Origin: Heterodontus francisci | Lineage: Eukaryota | Reading direction: 5' to 3' | DNA: 64,000 nt | Assembly (NCBI RefSeq): GCF_036365525.1 | Contig: NC_090404.1 | Span: 4,526,001-4,590,000 of the forward strand | Part shown: in pieces, positions 11,859 to 23,420 of the stretch | How the letters are laid out: the number at the start of each line of letters is the position of its first letter | Position numbering within the stretch: position 1 is the first letter of the stretch | Notes under the pieces: model-generated | Seen by the model: only the letters and a program-made list of their open reading frames with translations | What the model was told of the DNA's origin: nothing | Databases searched by the model: none | Translations under genes and position numbers: made by a program

Positions 11859-12359
11859 CTGTAGAACAGAAATGAGAGTCAAAGAAATCTCCATCTTCAG
11901 GATCAGGACGCGAGTATTTAACTATCACTTTTTTCAGGAGGGGAAAAACACCTTTCGCTTCAACACTGTCGTTCATGGGAAGGGCAACGATTTGTAAAAT
12001 CTGGGACATCCAAGCGGATCACATCTCTGCTGAATATAATGGCTCTGTCACCCTGGGACATGAGCTACACATGTAATTCATACTGGCTCAAAACGAATGA
12101 AATTACGAATTTTAGGACCAACTGGAAACAAAGTTAATGTTCTGGTGCCTTGTCAGTATATTTGGGGAGATGAAAATGTTCAGCAACCAGTCAGAGGAGG
12201 GGCGAAAGGTCGGTAAAATGCAGTCCCAAGGTTTTTGTTTTTGTGTGGTGAGGAATAATTCGCAATACCGGATGAGATAGTTTTCTAATATCTGCCACGA
12301 GTGAGTATTTCTCATGTGTCGGCCTGGAGTTAGAAGGCGATCTGACCACAGGACTGTAA

Positions 12360-12900
12360 TAAGAGCATAAGAATAAGAATAGGCCATTCAGCCCCTCGAG
12401 CACGTTCTGCCATTCAATTACACGATGGCTGAATTGTATCTTAATTCTGTTTACCCATATATAACCCTTAATACCCTTACCTGTCATAAATCTATCACTC
12501 GCAACATTAAAGTTTTCAATGGATGTCAAGCTTCTAAAGCGAGTTGGGGGAGAGAATTCCAGATTACCGCTATCTACTGTGTGAATACTCCCTTCCTGAT
12601 ATCATTCCTGAATGACCATGGTCTAATCTGAAGGTTATGCCCCCTTGTTCTGAAGTTCCTCACCAGAGGAAATATTTTTCTCCATTGACTCCATCAATTC
12701 CAGTAAACATCTTAACCACCTCAATTAGATCACCCTTTAATCTTCTATCCTCAAAGCAATACCAGTTTGGCCTGTGAAACCTGTCCTCTTAACTTAACCC
12801 GATCAGCCCCGTTATCATTATGGCCAATTCTTGTTGCACCACTCCCAAGGCCAATACATTCTTCCTGTGCTCTGCAGTCCAGAATTGAACACAGTTTTCT
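12360..12900 (-). mobile_element. CR1-type LINE 3' fragment in the CH2-CH3 intron
   Basis: YLENCVQFW-like RT tail and GGCCATTCAGCCC 3' end. Confidence 0.75.
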
Positions 12901-13262
12901 AAATAGGGTAGATGCTCTTTCTGGCACCTGATTCCGAGGCCGTTACCAAGAAAGGGTTCCAGATGCCGATTGCTGCTCCGTGTATGATTAACCCATTCAG
13001 GATAAAGCTGATATACAGGCCACCTCACTCACTATATAACATCACAGTAGAGCTAAACATTCTTTCATGATGTGATGACATGTTGAACCGTGAGCAATCC
13101 TAATTTCTAATTTCTAAATCCTAAACTCACAGCCAAATAACACATAAAAACTGCACGATGGCGATTTAGAAATTGTTCTTTGTACTAACTCCAATAAATT
13201 CCTGACTTTCAGTAACATGGAGTACAGAAAGGTGTGGAGCTTCCTGGGACTGTGCATCTTAC

Positions 13263-13580
13263 CTGGCGATCCGGTGATGTTTCGGCTTTGGGTAGCCGCT
13301 TGATGGGAGACCTGGCAGGTATAGACCGTGTTGGTGAACCATTCCCGAGCGGGGACTGTCAGCCGACTGGTCGCTGAGAAGTTCCCGTTCGTTTCACAGG
13401 CGGGAGAGGTGACGAAGCCCGATTCCATGGGATGTCCATCCTTCAACCAACTCACGGTTATTGCTTCTGGATGGAAATCGATGATTGAACACACGACAGT
13501 TGCAAATCTGCTGCTTGTGATTTCTTCACTGGAAGTCTGGGTGAGGATAACAGTTGGATGGACGATGTCACCTTTACAAT
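13263..13580 (-). CDS. IGHM: IgM CH2 exon ([13 protein letters not shown]...[20 protein letters not shown])
   Basis: Acceptor TTCTTGAAG, donor G|GTAAGA, 318 nt, C1-set motifs. Confidence 0.96.
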
Positions 13581-13792
13581 CTTCAAGAAAAAACATGTTA
13601 GACATTTCTAGAAGAAATTAATAACTAATACAAACTGTTCTGATATTTTAACAGGTTATTTGCATCAAGCAGGCACTAACTGATGTTTCCAGGGGTCTGC
13701 ACTGTGCACAACACTCTAAATGTGGAATAGCCAATGTTCTACACAAGATCCTTCTAGCTTTTCTGATTTTCCACAGTTTCCACAACACTAAC

Positions 13793-14089
13793 CTGGAATT
13801 TCCTTGATCCAGAGCGACTCGCCGCGTCGAACCTCGCAGTAGATTTTGCTGCTTCCCACCTCTGATTCGGTGATGGTTAATTGGCTGCTCAGGGTGTAGG
13901 TTCCCTTCTTGTTCAGCACTGACGGGTAAGTCTTCAAACCAGTGGTGATCGGTTCTTCACCTTTCTTCCAGGAAACGCTGGTGATTTGGGGGATGTAGTC
14001 CATCGCCAAACAGCCGTAGGCCATGGAGCCATCGGTGTTGGGTTGTTCACAGGAGCACAGGCCGTAAAGAGTTGGGGGAGATGGTGTCG
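13793..14089 (-). CDS. IGHM: IgM CH1 exon ([16 protein letters not shown]...YGCLAMDY...WIKEIP)
   Basis: Acceptor TTTCCTAG, donor G|GTTAGT, 297 nt, phase 1/1, C1-set Cys/Trp pattern. Confidence 0.96.
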
Positions 14090-15739
14090 CTAGGAAAGAA
14101 TGGCAAATTGAACAAGTTAGACTGTGATTCATGCTTATTAAGTAACCAGACATCTCGCAATTCGACTCCAGCTGGAAACTGATTCCAATATTTTCCGATT
14201 AAAACCTTCATCCGCATTTGAGCTGCGATCAGTTACATCATTTGGTGTTCATCACCTGTCGGTCCCCTGGTCAGGAACACACCTCTCTTTCAGGACCTGT
14301 CACATTACAAAAGTAAGAGCCTTTTGAAGTTATCTGAATGAGGTATTTTACATTGGATTAAACTGAAAGAGGAGTTTCCCCACTTTGTTCGGCCAATATT
14401 TATTTCTAAATCAACAACACTTGGTCAAAAAACATGCGGCATTTAGTTTTTGGAAATTTCTTCTCTGCAAATTGACTGCTGGGTTTCTCCGCACCTCCAC
14501 CTCCTCCCAGCAACCCTCCCCACCACCAGCAGACCACCCCGCCCCCCCAACTCCCACTCCCCCTCCAAAAATATAGCAACTACTCTGAAAAAGTGCCATT
14601 GGAATGCGTGCTTGTAAAATGAACTTAATACTGTAAACTTGAATACAAGGCAAATTCATACCATTACTTTCCCATAAAAACCTACAATACATCTGAGCAT
14701 GCTTATGACCCTGGATGATAAATTCATAGACATGATAGCTGAGAAGAAGGCCATTCGGTCCATCAGGCCTGTGAAAGATCACTCCAGCGATCCCGCTGAC
14801 CTTCCAATTCCTAATCTTTTCAAAATTTAATTTTATCCAGCTATTTTAGATTCTGTTTACAGCCCTCTTTCTGATAGGACATTCCAGATCCTAACAACCC
14901 CCTGTGTAGAAAAGTAGATTCATACACTCTTCCTTCATTCTTTTGACGCTGATTTTAAATCAGTGTCCTCTACAGACCAACTCACTGATCTGGGCAAATT
15001 GGTATCTGAATTTCTGTATAAAACATTCATTATTCAAAACACCTCACCAGACTTCATTTTAATCTTCTATGTTCCTATAATAATGAAGAACTTTTACAAT
15101 AAATAGTTGAAGTCTACTTTAAAATATGGACTGAATCATTTCGTACACAGATTTCAGAGGGGAATTTTTACACAGCCTAGTTTCTGGAATTAAAATTTTT
15201 AATGACTCGGCAATGACTCTAAGCTATCACTTTCCTTTTCAGTACTTGAAGATTGTGACTTCTGTTCGATATTATTCGACTGAATGGATTCTCTGGAGTT
15301 TGCTTCTCCCTCCAACTCAAATAATAAACCGAATTAGATCCGATTCGTAAAAATCGGTCATTTGGACTGATGCACTTTAAACGGTCCATTTAACTTTCCA
15401 AAGTATCTTCCCACCCCTCACCAGTGAGAACTGGTGTTGCTGACTGTGTCGTTACAGACACATCTTCTTGCTGCTTGCACCGACCATAATGTGAACATCA
15501 GGACTATTCTACAAATATTCTACAAATATCTGATATTGTCATTACTTAAACATTATAAATCGAGTGAATATCAGTCGGTTCCATGGAAGGAAGGACAAAA
15601 GTTCCTGAAGTGTTATTGCTGACATGGTCAACTCTCACTTCTGATTTGTGCGGATAATTCAAACACCTGAGGCCTATGGGTCAGATATTGGAAGCTCGCT
15701 CACCAATATGATGTGAAAGAGGATGCTGGTTATGCTAGC

Positions 15740-16855
15740 GCAACAGTAGGACATATGGGCTTTCAAATGTCACGTAAGAGAACATTCGGAAAATGGAAGC
15801 GCATGGATTAAAGGGGTCTTAGTAACCTGTTCAGGTATAGGAAACAGAGAGTGACGGTGAACCAATGATTTTCTGACTGGAGAGAATTAAGCATTGTGAT
15901 CCCCCCTTGCGTTGGTCATAGGGTCATTATTATTTTTGTTAAATATAATGACGTGGTATTGGGTATGGGGCGTAGAATTTCGAAGGTCAAAGACGATACT
16001 AAACAAATAGTGAGCAGGATAGTATCAGAGTTCAGAAGGACATGGGCAGGTGAAATGTTCAGAGACAGAGCAAATACAATTTCATGCGGTTAAATGTGAA
16101 GTGCTGGAACTTTTGAGGGACAACACGGAAAATTAATGCAATCTAAATGGTTGGATATTCAAGGGGTAGAAATGTAGAGGGACCAGAGTTGCATTTTCAC
16201 AATGTTTTTTTTCAAGGTCGTTAAGAAAGCGAATGGAATACTTGGTCTTGTAAAATGGAGTACGAATTACAAAAAAACAGGAAGTCATATTAAAGTATTA
16301 CTAATCACTAATTAGGCTGGAGTATTTTTGCACAATTCTGGCCGTCACACTTTCGAAAGGATGTCAAGGCTTTGTGGGGAGTGTCGAGGGAGTTTACCAG
16401 ACTGATGCCAGGAATGAGGGAGTTCAGTTATATAGAGTTATTATACGAGATAATTGTTCTCATTAGGCGGTTACCGATTAGTTATGTTCAAAATTATGGG
16501 TTGCTTTGATAGAGCAGATAAGGAAAAACTATTTCCTCTGAAAAGTGGGTCAGTAACAAAATAATTAATTGTCAAAAACGAGCGTGGGCGGGTGGTGGCT
16601 GCGGAAAGTGGTTTCTTTCCTGACAGAGGGGGCTTTTCACAGATGCATCGAACGATTACACCACAAAAGGAGGCCATTCAGCCCGTCGTGTCTGTGCAGC
16701 TTCTCTGCAGGTGCAACCGGACATATCCTTGAAGAACATTAATTTGCGTGGCTATGAGGGAAAAACTGGCTTGTCAGATTAAATTGGAGAGCGCTTTGAG
16801 AGCTAACACAGGCATGACGGGCTGAATGGCCAAATTCTCTGCGAGAACTTTCCAT
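15740..16855 (+). mobile_element. Old, heavily decayed CR1-type LINE in the J-C intron
   Basis: Degenerate RT 3' half ending GGGCTGAATGGCC. Confidence 0.65.
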
Positions 16856-17574
16856 CATTCTACCCGACTCAGTAGTATTAGTTATCCCCAATTTAATGGG
16901 ACGAAAAGCTTCATAAATTTTAACATCTCTGTGACATATATTTTGTTGCTTTTTATAATGAAAGAGGGTTTTTAAAATAAGAGGTTCTGAGCGATTTTAT
17001 TCAAATGAGTCAATCAGATACTGTCAGAGACTTAAAGCATATTGTGATTGACATTGATTGCAAGCTCACTGTTTCACTTCAAAAATTTCACAAGAGCTTA
17101 CTTCAGCGGCTGTGTGCCCTCTGCTGTGACACAATCCAATAATTGCCTCTCACCAGAGTTTATCACTGACTGTCACCTTTTGAAAATACTTGAACTAAAT
17201 AATGATTTCAAACATGAGAATATCATGATGGTTATTCGGAGCGGGAGTCTCCACTATCTCCATTTAAAGTGCCAAAATAACGTCCAGTCTCCCATCAGAT
17301 CAGAACAGGCGTTGGTCTCTGGAGCGTTACAATCACTTCCTGAAACTGTTTGTTCTGAAAGTGCACTCAAAATCAGGCCAATCTCATTCAATAATTATCT
17401 GAAACTTAATATATTTAAATATTATTAATTCATTAAAATATGGCCAAGAATTATTATTAAAATCAATTCATGTGCGTTGTTTCATCTGGACAATTGAATA
17501 ATTTATATTCATATATCTGGGTCGAGGACTCACAGCTTATGAGTTTGATGCACATTGAGATTCCTTGAACACTG

Positions 17575-17972
17575 TGGGGAAAACATTCTCAGATCAGGTA
17601 CAGGACAGTTAAGCTGCAAAGTAAAGATCCATCTATACGGCAATATCATGAGTTGTAATCTCAGACATCGCAAGTGTTAAATTCCGTAGAAAGCTGCCTC
17701 TACACTACACTGTCACTCTGGGTCAGGTCCACCATCTGTTTAATATAAAATAAAAATTCCCTCTACGCTGTCCCATCAAATATATCCAGGACAGGTTCAA
17801 TCCGGTTTAGATACTGAGTAATTCCTCCCTCTACGCTGTCCCCATCAAGTAGTCCCAGGACAGTTACAATATAGATTAAATATACAGTAAAACTTTCTCC
17901 GCATTGCCGAATCAATCACTCCCAAGGGAGGTACATTACTGATTACAAACTGACCAAATCTCCTTCTACAGT
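17575..17972 (-). repeat. ~66-bp tandem repeat, about 5-6 degenerate units, in the J-C intron
   Basis: Recurring CCCTCTACRCTGTCCCATCAA...CCAGGACAGGT...TTAGATAC..AGTAA. Confidence 0.7.
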
Positions 17973-20900
17973 CCGTCTGTTGTGTCTCTGAACTGTTATT
18001 TCTGACTGCCACAGACTGGAATTATGATCTCATTGCTGAGGCGCCTCATCAAACTTAAAGTCAAACTTTTAGGTTTCTCGGGGGTACAAGTTTCTTAATT
18101 AAATGGATCAAGTTGCACTCCTTGAAATGAAACGAACCAGTCTGTTTGCAACCTGCAGGGAGGATTCCTCGTCCTGACACAGTGAGCAGGCGCACAGCAA
18201 CAGAACAGACACAAACGGTGCAACAATCGGGCTGTCAGCAGTTAGATCTGTTCAATTGTCAATTTCAATGAAGCTGTTTGATTCTAGTTCATCAATTGTC
18301 AAATTGTGACCACTCCAAATCTGTATACTCTTTGAAATTAAACTGATATTCATTTCAAAAACTCCCTTCGACCTCCAAATGTTTCTCCCTGTCTGTTTAC
18401 AATCTTAAAAGCATGTTAGAAAGTTTCGCTTAAAATGAGTACATCAGAAGAATACACATTCAGGAAAATTAGATGTCCATAACCAGAACTCAGTGACAGA
18501 GTAAGAATTTAGAAAATCAGGAGATATGTATCTTGCAAACTGATTACCCACTGGTTTGACACAATTTCATAATTCAATTTTACAAAAAAAATTAGTTGAA
18601 CCACTGCTCAAAGTTAATTCATTAAAATCTGCGGTGATACTTGATTGAGCTGAGAACAGCTGAGTAAGAAATGTATTGTTCTCTAAGTTATTGCCAGACA
18701 TAATGAATTAAACTCTCCGATTCTTGAGACTTTGCACTCATTGGAATCCTGGCAAGTATACTATTGAATTGTGGGAGGTCATTTATGTTTAGTGAATTAG
18801 CACTATTATATTCTAAGCTAATATTCATGTTAGCTGATTTTATACTGCACTTATCATTTATAAATAAATAAAAATAAATAAATTATTTAATATTACTTCA
18901 AGACCAGTTTCTGCCTGGCACCTTGTGAATTAATGGAGTTTTAATTAAGTCATTATGACACTTTATCAGTATTAAATAATTAACGTCATATTAATAGATG
19001 AAAACCTTCAGACAAATATATTACTTCATGCTGAAATCGAATCACAGTGCAATAATTTAAAATGAACAATAACTTCTAGTCCCGCCCTGCTTTCTCTCTA
19101 CAAACTTGTAAACTGCGCAGGTATCTGAATGCGTTGATATTTTATAAGCTCCTTCCATTCTCAGCGAGTATTTCACACAATGGATTTAGCCTGGCCGGGG
19201 TCACATGTCACTAACTGGGCTGCAACATGGCCTGTTTGTGAAAGCAGCTCTCCCGTGTTTAAATATCGTTATAAATCTTAACTATATGAGATAAAATATC
19301 TAAAACATCCGGGCACTTTGCGATCAGTAACTATGCTGCCACTATTTAATCACACGATGTTTTTAGATTTTACTCCCGTAATTCACAAATTAATTGCAAA
19401 ATATATTTTGATTTTTATTGAAAGAAGTTCCAAAATGATCACTGCAAAACTGGACGAAAACAACTCTTTCAAATCATCTGTGACATTGAAACCTAATGAG
19501 CAAATGTAGCCGAGATTTGGCGGATCAATTTAATATTTATTAAGAATTAAGCATAACTCTCAGGTATAATCTGTTCTTTATCTATCATTCCATCCTGCGT
19601 GCAGCACAACTATGGGAGACAGGATGTTGTTACTGAATTCAAAACTAACATTAAACTTTTGTAATTAATTGAATCTGCTTGAATTTCCAGGTGTTATTTG
19701 TTTGTCTTTAGCCTCACGCAGTCTGCAAGTTTCTTCAATTTAAATAAAATCATATGCACAATTCTTTGACTGCCATTGACCTCTTGTCCCAGGAAAATGG
19801 TTAATATTAAATTAGTGATAATTATCTCACTATCCAACAACAAATGACATTGAAGAAAGAACATGGAAGAACATGAACTCAAAGAATGTAATAACCGGAC
19901 AGATAGATTGCACTGACAAACTGCAATTTACAACGCCTATTTAAGTTGTAAGTAAATACAAGCTGACATTCACCTGTTTTAATCAGGAATATCACAATTA
20001 ATTTAAAAGCGCTCATTAACCTGAAAACAGCACTGGAATAAGTACACTCTTATTGAAATAATTTCAAGCACAATTAAAAATAGTCTCCAGTCATAAAGTT
20101 TTCCGGTCACGACAATTGTGCGCTTGGCACACCAGAACTGTAAAAGACGATTCATGAATAATGAATCGATCTTAATATGAAAGCGTATTTGGTTTATATG
20201 AGGACATATTGCCGCATTATAATTGTTTGAATTGTATTAATTTTACTCTCCAATCTGCAAACCTGCTACTTATTAAGTTTGTAATTGCAGTAACATTTCA
20301 CGGATTGAAGGAGCGTTACAAACCATGGCTTAACAGTTCAATCTGCAATTATCATTTAAATTTTTTTAAATGCCTTGAAATATCTTTTTTTTTATTTCTG
20401 AAATCTGCCTGTTATCCGGCTTTCGAATCGTCTTTGAAGCAGTTTCAAACAAATAGAATGTATCCATTTGATCAGAAAACCTGCAGCCGCTCGGTGTCAC
20501 CCGGGTTCAACAAAGCAGAAACGCCAAATAGTTTTACAAATTTTACTTTGTAACACAGAGACACACTCTCCTCAGCAGATAACCTCCAACTCACATCACT
20601 GAGGGGCTGAATCCCACCTCAGTGCGTTTCAAGGCGAAGCAGCTTAATTCCACAATCACTTTCAGTAGAATCAAATGTAACATCCCAAAAAAAAATCTCA
20701 ATACAGAATCCACCGAGCCTGCCTGTCTCTGAATTACCAAATATATAAAATAATGGCAGCAGATTTGTTAGTACAGAGAGCATGTTTAATAAATTAATAT
20801 TGATTCTGTAGCATATTTCATTGATATTGCCTGATATCACTGCATTATTAAAAGTGACGTTATATTAATGTAAATCTGGCCAAAGCTGCAAATTTGTTAT

Positions 20901-21444
20901 TTATGTAATTCATAATTACATCAAAATTTATTGTATTACATATGAGCATTCGTAAGCAGTAGATTGATAGATAGCAATTTAATTACCACAAATAAAAATA
21001 GATCAAAATATCAGAAGGCTATTTTTGACCACTGAAGCTTTCTGCATAATTTTATTTCAAACATATTTAAAGACTTATTGTTTCTATTAGATCAGAAAAC
21101 CTGCAGCAACTAGATGTCACCCAGATTAAACATTGCAGAAACGTCAAACGGTTTAAATACCAAACAGTTTGGTATTTAAAGTAGCCCAAACACTCAGTCT
21201 CATCAACAAATAAACACCAAATCACATCAATCTGGAGCTGAATCCTTCAACAGTACCGTGTGTAAAGAAACCATTAAGTTCTTTAATCCCTTAGCAGCAG
21301 AATCACATAAAACATTGCAACAAATTCGCAATATAGAATCCACCAAATCCACTTTTCAGTGAACGAATGTATCATGACAAAAAACAGAAATATAAAATTA
21401 AAAACACAAATAAAACAGTTAATGAATAAATGTATGTTTCTTAC

Positions 21445-21492
21445 CTGCAGTCACCGTCACCATGGTCCCTTGTCCCCAGTACTCAAGATAGT
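21445..21492 (-). CDS. IGHJ: JH segment (YLEYWGQGTMVTVTA)
   Basis: WGQG motif; donor G|GTAAGA; phase 1. Confidence 0.97.
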
Positions 21493-21531
21493 CACAGTGT
21501 TACATTCCCTGGGCTGGGTCACACAATAACC
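21493..21531 (+). other. JH 5' RSS (23-bp spacer)
   Basis: CACAGTG 21493-21499, 23 nt, ACAATAACC 21523-21531. Confidence 0.94.
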
Positions 21532-21885
21532 GGCTCTGCACAGAATAGTGAGAAATCCATTATTATTTTAAATATCCACACTCCAGAGGCAAAATAAAAT
21601 CTTGATGGTTCTTTGTAAAATTATAACTGCGTTAATAATTCTTTTCACTCTTTATAAATTTCCCTGATGTTTTATATTTCACACAGTAACATATCAGCAA
21701 TTATTGAAATCACTAACTGATGAATGAATAATTAATCCATTTATCCATAATAAACCGTGCTAGGAGGACAGTGCTGGACACAAATAGTACTTCACTGTAT
21801 ATATAGTTGGATTGTTAAAGCGAGCACTGACCCAGACTCATCAATTAGTGCTGAGGGAGTTTTTGTATTGACAGTAACTGCTGTG

Positions 21886-21898
21886 CCACCCAGTATAG
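21886..21898 (-). CDS. IGHD: DH2 segment CTATACTGGGTGG (open in all three frames)
   Basis: 5' 12-RSS (on + CACAGTG 21899-21905, 12 nt, TCAAATACT 21918-21926) and 3' 12-RSS (CACAGCA 21885-21879, 12 nt, ACAAAAACT 21866-21858). Confidence 0.94.
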
Positions 21899-22275
21899 CA
21901 CAGTGAGACAAACCGTGTCAAATACTGTGGCGGACTGTTAACTGTAAAATACAGAGTTTACATTTCACAGCGATCTCAAAAACATGATTGCGATCCCCCT
22001 AAGAGGACATCAGTGAGAAAGTTCAGTTTATACCAGTCATTATATTTATAAAGAGATCGGAATATTTCTGAACCATCTGTGCTGATTTAGCGTGACAGTC
22101 AATATTAATAAAGCAGGAGACTTCTATACAATTTTACAAATCTATATTGTATTTCCCCAATTTTATATTTAATCCTCATTGTTTACGGACCATCTGCTGC
22201 GTTAGTGATCGCTGGTTTGAGCAAACTCCCTGTCTGGGGTTTTTGTATGAAGAACTCGCTCTGTACAGCACCGTG

Positions 22276-22290
22276 ACCCACTGTAGTACC
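22276..22290 (-). CDS. IGHD: DH1 segment GGTACTACAGTGGGT (open in all three frames)
   Basis: Flanked by a 5' 12-RSS (on + CACAGTG 22291-22297, 12 nt, ACAAATACT 22310-22318) and a 3' 22-RSS (CACGGTG 22275-22269, 22 nt, ACAAAAACC 22246-22238). Confidence 0.95.
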
Positions 22291-22708
22291 CACAGTGACA
22301 CTAACCTGCACAAATACTGCACTCACTGTCTGTTCAGTACTGCCTCCCAATATTCACTTCAAATAAAAATTCACTTCTGATCTAATTCAGAATATATCCA
22401 AATGTTTACACCATGCAGTAGGAATTGAACCCAGCTCCAAGTAACTCCCTCCAGATATCAGTCACATTAAAACTAGCATCTTATCCAGATTTGCAATTGC
22501 TGATACTATTAATATTAAAAATCAGCACAGCCAAAATTACTCATCAGTACTTCGGTTCGTGTCTTAGATTTATACCATTGAATTTTCACTGTGCTACTTG
22601 TGTGAGAGACGGTCTATGGCCTGGTTCTGAACTCTGCCGTTAACATTGTATTTAATAAAATTACTGACCGTCAGTTTATGATGGAAGTTATCGAATTCTC
22701 TCTCCATA

Positions 22709-22747
22709 TGTTCTTGTACATGTCCAGCCCTGGTTCCTCTCACTGTG
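22709..22747 (-). other. VH 3' RSS (23-bp spacer)
   Basis: CACAGTG (22747-22741), 23 nt, ACAAGAACA (22717-22709). Confidence 0.95.
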
Positions 22748-23052
22748 GTCTGTTGCACAGTAATATATAGCGGTGTCTTCAGTCTTCAGGCTCTTCATGT
22801 CCAAAGCGAAAATGTTTTTTGAAGTGTCTTTGGACGCAGTAAATCGATCTTTAATCCCTGGGGCGTAGTAGTTGCTGGATGAACTAGCATAGCTAACCAG
22901 CCACTCCAGCCCCTGTCCGGGAACCTGCCGGACCCAGCTCATCCAGGTGCTGCCAAGAGTGAACCCGCTGGTTTTACAGGTCAGTCTCAGGGAGCCTCCG
23001 GGTTTCCCGGTCTCTGCCTCTGGCTGAGTCAACACGATATCCGAATGGACAC
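22748..23052 (-). CDS. IGHV: VH exon ([52 protein letters not shown]...[11 protein letters not shown])
   Basis: Acceptor TTTTACAG; conserved Cys, WVRQ and DTAIYYC motifs; open frame; directly followed by a heptamer. Confidence 0.97.
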
Positions 23053-23177
23053 CTGTAAAAAATATCAAAAACCCCGAGAATTAATCCTGGTGAAATGATT
23101 CCTGACTCTGTAATATTTCAGAGAAAGACTATCACTGATCCAATTAGTGAGAGACTCGGATAGTAAAAACTACTCAC

Positions 23178-23223
23178 GGGATAAGAAAACCAGCAACAGA
23201 CTGAGAGAAATCGCCAACCTCAT
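23178..23223 (-). CDS. IGHV: IgH leader exon (MRLAISLSLLLVFLS + 1 nt)
   Basis: 46 nt from ATG at 23223, hydrophobic signal peptide, donor C|GTGAGT, 125-nt intron to the V exon. Confidence 0.93.
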
Positions 23224-23309
23224 CCTTCTGGCAATTCGGGGAAAATGGTTCTGACAAGAACTCACTGAGCAAACTGGCTCCCGCACTGTTGTATTGCGGT
23301 CCCAGTGAC

Positions 23310-23420
23310 CTGCATTTAAGTACCCGGCAGAAGGGGGCGAGGTTACAGGCGCCGCCTATAGATTCCCTGATGGAGGCGGTAACTGGATCCACGTCCCACC
23401 TTCCACATCATCAACAGAAT
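23310..23420 (-). promoter_or_regulatory. Putative VH promoter (TATA-like TTAAAT at 23319-23314, GC-rich upstream, no perfect octamer seen)
   Basis: TTAAAT about 90 nt upstream of the leader ATG; shark IgH promoters are known to lack the octamer. Confidence 0.5.

Larger units (their letters stand above)
7614..23223 (-). other. IGHM: Complete germline (unrearranged) cartilaginous-fish IgM heavy-chain cluster: L-VH-D1-D2-JH-CH1-CH2-CH3-CH4/Sec-TM1-TM2
   Basis: All segments are present in order with RSSs, GT/AG splice sites and compatible phases; the one V, two D, one J, one C layout is typical of sharks. Confidence 0.97.

Noticed and set aside
11859-12009. N- and C-terminal extensions of Ig ORFs in the track (CH3 here; likewise CH1, CH2 and V)
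   Set aside because: Read-through into introns; canonical splice sites define shorter exons.
14090-21444. Class-switch (S) region in the J-C intron
   Set aside because: No long G-rich or AGCT-dense array; only a short ~66-bp repeat that also occurs outside the gene.
22756-22762. Cryptic heptamer TACTGTG in VH FR3 (VH replacement)
   Set aside because: Forced by the Tyr-Cys codons; no nonamer at 12/13 nt and no upstream V in the window.
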